A DNA stretch of 62,029 nucleotides, counting the filler, from Kipferlia bialata (Eukaryota), in assembly GCA_003568945.1 (NCBI GenBank). It is 4 parts of 4 records of this genome, joined end to end, with 100 filler letters (N's around TTAATTAATTAA, not from the genome) between each part and the next. Parts side by side here need not be neighbours in the genome. Positions count along the whole stretch, not along the records: positions 15,543 to 30,977 come from BDIP01000702.1; positions 31,078 to 46,510 come from BDIP01000703.1; 2 more parts are not named here. One strand, given 5' to 3'. Position numbers and translations under genes: made by a program. Positions 22,754-34,779 of the stretch are shown here, piece after piece; within the stretch, counting starts at the first letter, position 1, and every line of letters starts with the position of its first letter. The notes below the pieces were generated by a model. It ran no database searches. It saw nothing but the letters and a program-made list of their open reading frames with translations, and was not told the DNA's origin.

Positions 22754-25700
22754 TCCACCCGGGATGGGGCCTCTCTGGAGTCTCTGGAGTCTGGGCATGA
22801 GAGAGACGCTAGTGGAAGGGACAGGGGGACTATGAGTGAGAGGGAGAGGGCGTCCATAGAGTGGGAGGGGGGCATTGTGAGGGACGGCACATCAGCAGGC
22901 ATCCACAACCACTCTGTCGCATCCCTGATCAAGGTGGGTGCACCTAGATCTATACATGTAACTATGGCTCTTAATCCCCCCCCCCGCCCCCCCTTGCTTT
23001 CTCTTATTCTTCCAGGTCTACCGCATGCGACTGATCGGCGTCAATGTGTTCTGGTTCTGCTTGTCTGCCCTGGCCCTCTGCCTCGACATCAACACCATAT
23101 ACACCTGGGACGACAGACTGCCCGGCAGTGAACTGGTGAGTGGGTGCCGATAGAAGATGCGGATGTGTATTGTATTTATCCACCTATGTACATGTGTATG
23201 CATGCTGGTCTGGTGGGTCAGTGGTAGCCTTCGTATATATACTTCGTATGTGTTGGCCCTCTCACCCCCCAGGCACTGAATGGGGCCGAGTGGGTGAATG
23301 ACTACCTCGGCTGGAGGGGCCAGGCCGAGCTGCTGGTCCTGGGTCTGGGCATAGTCATGATGTCTCTTGGCCTCACAATCATCCACTCCATGGGCAGGCC
23401 AGAGACCCTGGCTGCCATATTCTCCCTGGAGCACTCAGCCCGGCTCTTCATGCACTATGTGGCCAAGAGGGGGGACACGCGGTCCAAGGTGCGACACCAG
23501 TAGTGCATTCTATACGCCCTGTGTGACTGATAGGGTAAATAGTGTGTACCAAAACATATACCCCCCCTCCTCTCACTCCCAGCTGGCCGTTGAGTTCCTG
23601 ACCGCCACCTATGAGTACAGGGAGTTGGTGGGCAGGGAGGGGGTGGACGAGGAGGAGGCCAGACAGAGGGCCTTTGCACTGTTTGGGAAGTATCTGCACT
23701 CAGGTAGGGAGGTGCTCTATATTGGGTAGCGGATGGAATGTGTGTCTAGAGTATGTATTCATACCCCCCCTCCGCTTGTGCCCCCACCCCCAGCCGACCA
23801 GGCCCCCGTGATTGCGGCATCCAAGGCGTCGATGAGCATGGTCCGACACGCCCTGACCGCCATGTCTCTCTCCCACTGCACAGGGTCCTTTGCATCCAAC
23901 ATGATGCGCGACGTGCGGGAGGGCCTGACCCCAGAGGACGAGAGAGACCTGGAGAGGGTCAGGGAGAGAGTCAGGGAGAGAGAGACGGAGAGAGAGAGGA
24001 AGCTGGACGAGACTCTGGCAGGTACGTATGTTTCCAGTACTCCCACCCTCAGTCTCCCCTCTCAATGTTTGTGTTCTGACCCTATGCATGTGTATGTGTA
24101 TCCCCCCCCCCCCCAACCCTCAGAGGTGTTCCAAGGGGTCGAGGTTGAGGTGGCAGCATACCTGGAGAGGATGACGCTGCGGTCCTTCTTCCAGTCCCGC
24201 TATGCCCTGGTGTGTCAGCTGCTCCTCTCCATGGACTCCATGTCCCAGAGTCTGGGCAGGGAGTGGCTCACAGACATATTCCTGTCGCCCTTCAAGAAGG
24301 TACGGCTGCCATTGCGTGTATATACAGAGCCATCTCTCCCTCTGCGTGTGACGCCAGACCCTTCCTGAGTTTGTGCACCCCTTCACCCTTGGCGGCCATG
24401 CCCTTGGGGATATATGTATGGGCATGGGGGACAGCCTGGGCTCCATCAATGACAGCATGAGGGATCTGCTGGCAGGCCAGGGGGACGCCCTACCCACAGC
24501 CACCATGGCCACCATCCTGGACACACTGCACGGTAGGGGGTAGCTTGGTGTATATAGGGGCATATTTACACTGTTATGCATATAGAGATAGACCCTCACC
24601 CCCCAGGCCTCATCAAGTCCCCCCAGAGTCAGGACGGGACCTTCACCCAGGCCGACAGAGACGCCATCATCATCGCTCACTACATTGTGTCGTCATATGC
24701 TCAGGTGCGCAAACCTACATACATATATATAGATGTGTATTGTTGTATGCCCCATTGTAGTGTGACTGTGCACTGATGCTCATACTGACACCAGGTGGAT
24801 GGCATGGGAGGCGAGGCTCTCTTTGGACCTGGTACCGCCAGTGGTGGCCTTCCCAAGGTGGGTGTACGGTGTGCCCCTATCTCTCAATGAGTGTCTACAT
24901 AATCTATACGTCGCCTCACCTCCAGGTCAGCTCTGTCGATGGCTTTGGCGATGATGACATGGACCTGGAGAGGGACGAACTGGACAGAGACTTTGTGATG
25001 CGCATCTTCACCGGCTACACAGGGACTGCCTCCGCTGCGGCCAAGACTATGACATCTACTGCGAGTGGGGAGGGGGAGAGAGAGGGGGAGAGAGAGGGGG
25101 TGCGGCACAGTGGGGCGGGCCCTGTGTACTCCCCTATGACAGGGGGGGACGATGGGGAGCCTAGGACGCTGCCCGTCTGCACGTGCGAGACCTACCCGTC
25201 CACCCCCAAGGTGCCCACCTACCCGATGCCTGAGGTGCCTATGGACTTGGACTGGACCCCTAGCTTCAACGTGTTTGAGACGTTCCCGGCTGAACTCGCG
25301 TACGTCACGGTGCATCTCTCTCTCTCTCTCGCTCTCTCTGTTACACACTGTCTCCCAACCCCAGCGAGGATGTGCACACCATTGCAGGACTCCCCCGGGC
25401 TGCCTCGTACATGGCCCTGCCCTGCGTGCTTGATGCCGCCATGCACCGACTGGGTCTGTACAGGTCGATGCGCATCAGCAGGAACAGGCTGTGGTGCGTG
25501 GATGTGTATATGTATATATCATCAGTGTGGTGGGTGTTGACATCAGTGTCAAGTGCACCATTCCCTTCCGTCCTCTACTGCCATCTGTCTCACCCCCTCA
25601 CCCCCTCACCCCCTCACCCCCTCAGGTTCTTTGTCACCACCCTGCAGGCCGAGTATGCTGCCGAGAACCCCTACCACAACTCCACCCATGCTGCTGATGT

Positions 25701-27799
25701 GTGTCACATGGCCACTGTGCTCATGATGGCCATGAAGGAGAAGAACGACAAGGTATGGGGATTAGAGGCATGGGGGGAGAGGGCTGAGAGTACCTACATA
25801 CCCCCTTCATCTCTCTCTTGTATTGTGTACATTGTATGTGCCCTTCTGACCCCCAGATCTTTGGCAGTATGGAGATGCTGGCCCTGGTGCTGGGTACTGC
25901 CAGCCACGACGTCAAACACCCAGGTGGGTACAGTGTGTATGTGTATGCGTATTCCCCCACCTAAATGTATCTGTTAGCCACTGATTGGCAGGTGTGGACA
26001 ACAAGTACCTGGTGCGGACCGAGCATGAGATAGCCACCAGGTTCAATGACAGGAGTGCCCTCGAGAACCACCACGCACAGGTGCCACGGTGTCTCTCTCT
26101 CTCTCCCCCATCCCTGGTCCTGACACTCACTACATTGTCTGCACTCACTGTGAACTATCATATCTTGCATCGATTATACCATGCTTCATCCTTTCGTTAT
26201 ACCCATACTCCTTCCTCTGACCCCAGCTAGGGTGGGGTAGGGTGAGGGACTCTGGGCTGCTCGACCACCTGTCCGACACGGACAAGCGCATGTTCAGAAA
26301 ACTGTTTGTAGGTATGGAATATTTATCCAATCCACTCACAGATACAATGCAGATCCCCCCCCCCCCCCTCACCCCAGACATTGTGCTAGAGACTGACCCT
26401 GCCGCCAACTTTGACTTCACCAGACGCAATGTGACCCTGCACACTCTCCTACCCACCACAGACTGGGAGGTGCAGGGCGCCCTGTCCAGCTTCAAGGTGG
26501 GTATGCGGATACCGGTGGATAGACTCGATTTGTTAATTCGATACAGTACCCCCTGTGTGTCTGACACTCTAGGAGGACGCGGCCCACAAGGTTGTAGCCC
26601 AGACCAGGTTCACCCTGCTGTCCGTCATTGTCAAGCTGGCTGACCTGTCCAACCCATTCAGACCCACAAAGTGAGGGGGCATGGTAGTGCATCACTTCCA
26701 TCTCTCTCTCTCTCTGTCTCTCCCACCCCCTACTCTCTGACGCCAGGGTTGCCACTGTCTTTGCGGAGTGTGTCATGCGGGAGTTCTTCAGCCAGGGGGA
26801 CAGGGTGCTAGTGTCACACCGCACAACCCCTCTCCTCGGACACCAGGACAGGTGGGGCACTCTGAATCCATGTGTATCTATCCATATATGTATTAGGGTG
26901 TCCTCATCTGGTAGTCACCCAGTATTTGCATACCTCTCATAACGCCCCTTCCATCGCCCCCCCTCTGATGTATCAGGTACCAGTACCCCCAGAACATGTA
27001 CAAGTGCCAGACCACATTCATCAAGAACCTGGTGGCCCCCCTGCTCAACGTCTACACCCTAGCCCTCACCTCCCTCCCCTGCGACACTGAGAGTGACGCC
27101 CATGTCCCCGTTTACCACCTACCCCCCTCCACCTCTTCTGCCGCAGCGGCTCGCTCGACCTCCACCGCTGGGCTCGCCACCCCCCGGGTCAAGGGAGTCT
27201 CCCTGGCCGACACTCTCCTGGGCCACATCAATGGGAACGTGGCTGCCAACCTCAGGCACTGGTCGCACTGCCAGAGGGACAGACACGCCCTGCGGCACCT
27301 CATGTCAGACGTCCCGTACGTGTAGTGTAGTCACTCTCTCTCTTTATGTCTCAGTCTCCACTACTCTACACGGTATCCATCTCTCTTGTCTCACCACAGG
27401 CAGAGCCACCAGTGTCGCAACTGCCAGTGTGTGCTGGACGATGCCCAGCTGGCTCAGCGGGGCCTGGACTCCCACCATGGAGAGGTGCCCATGATATACG
27501 GGAGGGGCAGAGACGGCAGGCTGGTGGTGGACGTGGCGGATGTCGGGGTGTCTGTGGCAGAGGACACCACCGGCATCATGTGGGGCAAGCCCAGAGACAA
27601 GGGCGAGGGGGACCAGGACGAGTCCGACATGCTCTCGACCTCGCTGGAGGAGCCGGATGCTGATGCCGAGGTGGAAGGGGTACGGTACGCAGACGCGAAC
27701 GGAGAGGCCTCTGTGTCACTGGGGAGTGAGGGCAGTGTGCTGGGGGGACTGGAGGCCAAGCATGCCAAGACGGACACCAACCTGGTGCCCCAGCAGTGA
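22754..27799 (+). CDS. Membrane protein with TM helices, an RGS-like domain and a class I 3',5'-cyclic nucleotide phosphodiesterase domain (5' end uncertain)
   Basis: PDE motifs: NPYHNSTHAADVCH, ASHDVKHPGVDNKYL...ATRFNDRSALENHH, IVLETD, IVKLADLSNPFRP, REFFSQGD, CQTTFI. RGS-like: IFSLEHSARLFMHYV...VEFLTATYEYR...ARQRAFALFGKYL...EVFQGVEVEVAAYLERMTLRSFFQSRY. Two hydrophobic helices lie upstream. Confidence 0.88.
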
Positions 27800-28306
27800 C
27801 ACCCCCACCCCACCCTCTGCCTCCAAGGATGCGTGACAGGGGTGCTGGTGCAATCCCTGTTCGGCCCTCCGGTGTATTTTGTTACTAGTGCCGGGACTGG
27901 CCTAGAGGCCATATCTTTTCACTTGCGGCTGGGTGACACGCAGGTGGAATCGTCTGAAACGCAGACGAGCGTCCCCGTTACATAACTCTTAGGGAGAGGA
28001 CCATGTTTCTTGTCCTGATCAATAGACCCATTTGTATTTGTCACTAATCGTAGACACCACTGGTGTCTGAAGTCAAGAATCCAACACACTCCCCAAGAGA
28101 CACCAACAAAGGAAAGATACCACAACGGTTTCCTAATAATTACAATCAATTCATCTCAAGGCCATTTAGTCACTAATGGAGGCGCCATAATATACACATT
28201 GAATACCTCAACACCACGAACAACTATATTGTTCGACGACGATCCAATCAATCCCTGGTAAAATCCCACGTCAAAATTACGACCAAAACACGGTCACTCA
28301 ATCAAC

Positions 28307-29017
28307 TTAGAAGTCGTTGCTCTCGCGTCCCTTGGGGCAGTCCCTGGAGATGTGGCCGGTCTCGCCACAGTTGTAGCAAGTGCGGTCACCTCCGAAGGAG
28401 GGGCGGGAAGATCCGCCCTGGGGGCAGTCCCTGGAGATGTGTCCGGCCTCACCGCAGTTGTAGCAAGTGCGGTCTCCGCCGAAGGAGCGGCCTCCCTGGC
28501 GGTCACCTCNNNNNNNNNNNNNNNNNNNNNNNNNNNNNNGAGCGGCCTCCCTGGCGGTCACCTCCCTTGGGGCAGTCCCTGGAGATGTGTCCGGTCTCAC
28601 CGCAGTTGTAGCAAGTACGGTCTCCGCCGAAAGAGGGGCGAGAGGATCCGCCCTGGGGGCAGTCCCTGGAGATGTGTCCGGTCTCACCGCAGTTGTAGCA
28701 AGTGCGGTCTCCTCCGAAAGAGGGGCGGGAGCCCTCCTTGCGGGCCTCGGGGCAGTCCCTGGAGATGTGGCCGGTCTGTCCGCAGTTGTAGCAAGTGCGG
28801 TCTCCGCCGTAGGATGGGCGAGATCCACCCTCCCTGGCCTTGGGGCACTCACGGCTGATGTGGCCTGCAGTGAGGCGATAACGAAAGAACAGTACAAAAA
28901 GATCCATTCCTCGAGAAATGTGCCACAAAACGAAGGCAAAAAAGCTGAGACCAACCTACTGGTTGAAAAACATAACATACCGGTCTCTCCGCAGTTGTAG
29001 CAAGCCCTGTCACTCAT
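28307..29017 (-). CDS. CNBP/Gis2/Byr3-like multi-CCHC zinc-knuckle nucleic-acid-binding protein
   Basis: ATG 29017 MSDRACYNCGETG, one intron, then HISRECP and repeated CYNCG(E/Q)(T/A)GHISRDCP knuckles (at least 6 visible) with SFGGDR linkers. Small N gap at 28510-28539. Confidence 0.9.
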   Translation of the reverse strand: MSDRACYNCGETGMLCFSTSRLVSAFLPSFCGTFLEEWIFLYCSFVIASLQATSAVSAPRPGRVDLAHPTAETALATTADRPATSPGTAPRPARRAPAPLSEETALATTAVRPDTSPGTAPRADPLAPLSAETVLATTAVRPDTSPGTAPREVTAREAAXXXXXXXXXXXGDRQGGRSFGGDRTCYNCGEAGHISRDCPQGGSSRPSFGGDRTCYNCGETGHISRDCPKGRESNDF

Positions 29018-29162
29018 GATGATCACCAAAAGGAGATGCTTGCTTCGTTTCAGAGGTGCAAATGGCATGTGTCATCATTTTAGCAATCCAAAAAGAGACA
29101 AATAGAGGGCAACCCTTATTATGTCAGGCATCCAACTCTATTCAGGCCTGTCTTGAATCGCA

Positions 29163-30318
29163 ATGGTGGAGAGCAAGCCTCAGCCCCTGTTTGGAGGATG
29201 CATCGGGTGTGTGTTTCCTGTTGACATGGTTGACGTGAGCACACTTCGGCAAGTACCCGACCACCAGGTGAGAATCAACTATGGGAGAAGGTACAACTGC
29301 CTCCCCCCCACTCTGATGTCAGGAGGTGCGTGTCAGGGTTGAGGGGGAACCTCTGCGTCAGACTATGATTGTGGACCTCCTGGAGATGGTGTCAGAGCCA
29401 GACATGGACAAGGTAACGGGTGTGTTTACTGTCCTTGCTCCCAGGTGTATCCCAAGTCATATTCTGACCCCAAGGCCCTCACCCACCACCTAAAGGATCT
29501 GATGCTCTCACTGGAGCCAGAGCAGGGTATGTATTGGTATAGCCTTGAACCTCGCTGTCATCCGCCGTGCCACACCCTCACATGCAGGCCAGGAGCTCAG
29601 CAGGCAGTTGGTACCCATCCCAAAGCAGGTAGTGGCACTCTCTTGCCTATATTCACTGATACACATCCGGATTGAGTTTCATCCCCTCACATGCACCGTG
29701 TCATGCTGACCATCAGTTCTATACCCCCCCCCCCCCCCCCGTTCCTCTTCCTACCCCAGGTGTGTGAGGCCAGGCTGGGTAAGGGGTCCCGGGTCATGTC
29801 CTGCACCCACAGGCTCAAGACAACAAGAGGTACCATATCACACCCCTGATACTCTCCCATTCATTACCCACCGACTGCTACCCGCTGTATTGGCTTGTAG
29901 CATATAGTGTATCCCCCCTATACCTTACACTCAGGCAGAAAGGGCACGACTGATGAGTCTGAGGCCGAGATTGTCTATCTGCACCTGGCACTGCTCAGGT
30001 ATCTATCGTATCTATGGTATCCATTGCATCTAATCGTGATACTACACTCCCTTACACTCCCTTTCCCTCCCTGCTTGGTGGCTTGTCCTCATCCAGGGTC
30101 CCCCGTGCCACCTCAGACATCGTGGTGAGTGTCACCACCCCAGTGGCCAAGGTGAACGACACAGTGCCGGAGGGACAGGTACAGATGTATGGATACCCAC
30201 ATGATCCTTTGCCATCTCTCTGTCTCTCTCTCTCTCCCCTCACCCTCAGGATCTGTTCCGCGCTGCTGTGGGTACCTTTGCCATTCTCGACTGGGGACTC
30301 TTCGGGGAGGGGGTGTAG
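29163..30318 (+). CDS. MOG1: Ran guanine nucleotide release factor (Mog1/RANGRF), about 8 exons
   Basis: Spliced MVESKPQPLFGGCIGCVFPVDMVDVSTLRQVPDHQEV...QTMIVDLLE...ALTHHLKDL...VYLHLALLRVPRATSDIVVSVTTP...FAILDWGLFG matches the Mog1 hallmarks LFGG, DVS.LRQVPD.QEV and I.DW.LF. Confidence 0.88.
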
Positions 30319-30768
30319 GGATAGACCTATTCATGGTCTTCAGTGACACCAAGAGTTAGTTGGGCATGGTGCCTGATGGGAGAGTCAGAGAGCCACTCTG
30401 ATTCTGGGCCTTGCAGCATTGCAATGGCGTCACCCACTGACATACTTCTGGTAGCATGTGGATCTGGTCTGTATCGTCCAGTGCCAGAGGTGATATGATG
30501 TGTGTATAGGGCCCTTCTGACTATATATATAGCCCGGCGTATGGTACTTCGGGTGATATGGTATTATTGTCGTAGTAACAGAATAGAGGTTTTTATAGAG
30601 CAACACAACATGAATACTTAACTCTATTACATTATCCGACTCAAATCATGTGAAACCCACGACGCATAACACATGCCAATGAACATGAGCCTAAGGCACA
30701 CTGTTAGTTGGGGCACAGGTGAGAATGCCATTCTCCAGTTGGATCCACCCACCCATCTACCCACTACC

Positions 30769-30862
30769 TCAGTGGCTCCTGGCATAGTACCCGACGCCTG
30801 CAAAGGCAGCCAGAATAGCCATGACGATGATGACAAGGAGAGCGATGATGTCGACAGCAGGC
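30769..30862 (-). CDS. Terminal exon encoding a C-terminal transmembrane anchor (rest of gene lost at contig end)
   Basis: Acceptor CTCTGACACAG then PAVDIIALLVIIVMAILAAFAGVGYYARSH*. Confidence 0.55.
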
Positions 30863-30937
30863 CTGTGTCAGAGAGAGAGACGCATAAGAATATATATATA
30901 TACATACATGGACAGCTACGGTAAACACACTGAGGAA

Positions 30938-30970
<33 letters not shown>

Positions 30971-30977
30971 GAAAGAG

Positions 30978-31077
30978 NNNNNNNNNNNNNNNNNNNNNNN
31001 NNNNNNNNNNNNNNNNNNNNNTTAATTAATTAANNNNNNNNNNNNNNNNNNNNNNNNNNNNNNNNNNNNNNNNNNNN
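30978..31077. other. Artificial contig-joining spacer
   Basis: N-TTAATTAATTAA-N. Confidence 0.95.
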
Positions 31078-31132
<55 letters not shown>

Positions 31133-31854
31133 GTAGAATATTCCTATCTCTAGTACCTCTGCTATTGAGTTGGTAATATAACCTGTATACATATACATAC
31201 TGTATATACTATATGACACTGATACCGGCCTTCCGCTCTATTATCTCTAGTACCTCTACCTCTTAGATGGTGAAGGCTATCTCACCACCAGATATATGCA
31301 TATATATATATATGTATATATACATGTTAGTGAGGTATGGTAGATGGTATGTATATATAGATAGGCTCTCTCACCATCAGGTATTGTGTCTGGAGGCTCA
31401 TGCATCTGCTCAATGGCTTCGAGAGTGGTGGTAGAGGTATGACAGATTATATATATGGGGTAGTGAGGTATGGCAGATGATATATAGAGGGAGAGAGAGA
31501 TAGATGTATTGGTGGCTGCCAATCGCCCCCCGTTGTAATCTCTTCCTGCTGTATATGCATATTGGTTACTATACTACTGATACTATATGTTTATATATAT
31601 GTCTATATATATGTGTATATATATATATATATGTCTATACATTTATGTGTATACCAGGTGTTTACATATATAGTCCAAGGGGTGATATATGTATACATGT
31701 ATATGCCCCATACATACTGGAGCTGTCTAACCATATTCCCATATATATATGTAATATGTGTGTGTGTGTATGTGTATGAGTGAGTTTACCTTCATAATGT
31801 CTTTCCTGCAGAATGGGGATAGAATAGTATTGGACTCTCTCCTTGTGTCTCCTA

Positions 31855-31891
<37 letters not shown>

Positions 31892-32692
31892 TCTATCTCT
31901 CTTTCTATATAGATATATACTATAAATATATACATATATATATGTATATATACATAGGGGTGTGGCAAGTGGCACCCTGTCCCTCTGGCCCATAGTATAG
32001 TTTTATATATTGATAATTCTTATATATATAGCTATATATATTGATAATTCATATCCATACTGTATATGTACTATACATATATTCCTGCTGACTGGGATAG
32101 AGTACTCGCCATCGATCCCTGTAAGCTCACATACATATGTATATACATATAGGTATATATTTGAATGTAGACATACAATTATACCTACAATATATATACT
32201 AACCATCAGGCCAAACGAAAACACATCAGTGCTGCAACGGTTCCTTTCGTTCTCTTGGACTGTGTGATGTATAGGTACATATGTGTGTAGGTGTAAAATA
32301 TAGTTACTGTAATGATATCCTAAAGAAACAGACTGTACGTTCTATACATGTATCTATTATAATATGTGTATGCATACAAGTGTATGCTATAAGTACACTA
32401 TATACATACTAAACATCACTGACCACAGTACACTCAGTTTGATGTGGGACTGCACCTCCTGGACCCTTCCTCTCTCTCTCCCCTTCTCTCTCCTTCTGTC
32501 TAACCTCAGATCTGAGTCTCTCTCTCTCCTTCTCACTGTTTCTGTCTAAATAATTGTTTTGGAAATATTCAAATTATTGATGTATTATTTCTATTTAGTA
32601 GTCTCATGGGCGAGGTTCGACACCCAAGCTCCGGGGCCAGTGCACTTGGCCCTGACCCGACAAGATGGTCTGATATGTATGTATATATATAC

Positions 32693-32723
<31 letters not shown>

Positions 32724-33288
32724 TATGCTTGGATAGGTGAAGTGTGTATGACATTATAGGTGTTGGAGTGATAACTGATGTAATCAATATATGATTATGT
32801 ATCAGTCTGTATACACTATCTCTCTACATAGTGGAGTACTCTACAATAGATGTTATTCATATACATATATCCATATCATGACGTGATCTACGGGGACTCT
32901 CTCTCTCCATCTCTCTCCCCCACTCATATCAGAAATTGTGCTGAAAATCTTGGTAATGATAAGAAATATTTGTATATAAGTAGTATTAGGATATCAAATC
33001 GATGTTTGATTAATGACATAGTATATAATACTAATTGTAGGTGCCGGGTCTGCTCCTCCTTGGCACCCACCTGCTCTGCTCCTGGACGGCATCTCTGCAA
33101 GGTAATTCATATACATACTATTCAGTATATGCAATATACATACTATTCAGTATATGCAATATANNNNNCATACTATTCAGTATATGCAATATACATACTA
33201 TTCAGTATATGCAATATACATACAATATATATAATTTACAGGGTTTCTGTCCGCAGACATCTCGGCATAGTTAGGTAGATATATATGA

Positions 33289-33323
<35 letters not shown>

Positions 33324-33643
33324 TAGAGAGAGAGAGAGAGAGAGACCTGGGGTTAGGTGGGTCTGACACACATATATGTGTAGAATAGCAATGAGGACGT
33401 CATATTCTATGTGTCACTGACTACGTATGCATTTACTGCGGGAGACACTATATATATACACTCTATCCACTATATATACTATATACTATGTTTATATACA
33501 ATATTGTATTCTACATTTCTGCAATATATACTATAATACTGACCCCAGTCACAGTCACGGTAACAGACACCATAGCTACATATTCATACTATCTATACGC
33601 TCTATGTATTGTACTATGTATTATTGTATATACTCTGCATCAT

Positions 33644-33727
33644 AGAAAACAGTCTCTGTTGGAGAAGCTAGAGTTATAAGAGTTTAGAAAACAGTCTCTG
33701 TTGGAGAAGCTAGAGTTATAAGAGTTT
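33644..33727. repeat. Perfect 42-bp tandem duplication
   Basis: agaaaacagtctctgttggagaagctagagttataagagttt occurs twice, back to back. Confidence 0.9.
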
Positions 33728-34779
33728 ATTAGTGCGATATACATAAACTATGAATGTGTATATATATAACGTACACCACTGACTCCAGTCACTGTCACAG
33801 GCTATGGGACACCAATCTATTTTATACTATGAATGTATATTATATAATAGTATCTATATATATGTAATTTATATGTATATATGTATCTATTTATATATAT
33901 ATATATCTACATAACTAACTCCAGTCACTGTCACAGACTATGGGAAACCCTCCGGTCTCTGGAATAGTGGTGATGGCCTCTGAATTCAGGTATATAATTA
34001 TTAGTATATATATATTTATATATATTTACATATATACATATATATGTATGGAATAGTGGTGATGGCCTCTGACATCTCTGAGATCAGGTACATATATATT
34101 AGTATACATGGTATATATGTATATATATGTATTCTATACTGTACTATATCTAGGATATGGGCATGAGGCCTCTGACATCGGTGGGACAGGTATATATATA
34201 TGTATATGTATATATATGTATATATAGTACAATTATGGCAATATTTACACTACTATATACTCACCTTGACCAGCCGGGGGAGAACTCGTCCGTCAACAGT
34301 CAGCCATATATACTATATATATACTATATACCTGTATACAATATCATATATGTACATCAACCAACTCGGCTGACAGACTCAGGGGTCCAAGACCAGGAAC
34401 ATCAAGAAGCGCCTTTCCCAGAAAGCCTGGAAGAGCGCCATAGGCGTTCATCACTTCCCTCATGAACTCCACACCCTGATCCTCATCCTGGGTGAGTTGT
34501 GGAATACACTATAGCTATATATCACTATATATATATATATTTATAATACATTTCTACATATTTACTATATATACCCTGATCCTCATCCTGGGTGAGCATA
34601 TGGAGCAAGAAACACAGATAGTAGGAGTATTATAGCGTAGTACATATTCAATTACATATATATACTATATACCTTTACATATATACTATATATACACTAT
34701 ATACCTATATATGAGTTTACATATATATACTGTATATACTGTATATACTGTATATATACTATATACACCATATATATAC

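Noticed and set aside
28485..28565. Apparent extra repeat unit around the small N gap
   Set aside because: The same 25-mer flanks both sides of the gap, so it is probably an unmerged overlap. Knuckle count is uncertain.
28307..29017. CCHC knuckles as a retroviral/LTR gag
   Set aside because: No capsid, protease, RT or LTRs; the gene has an intron and a CNBP-like layout.
30673..30924. Plus-strand 83-aa ORF
   Set aside because: The minus strand gives a better-supported terminal exon with an acceptor and a TM helix.
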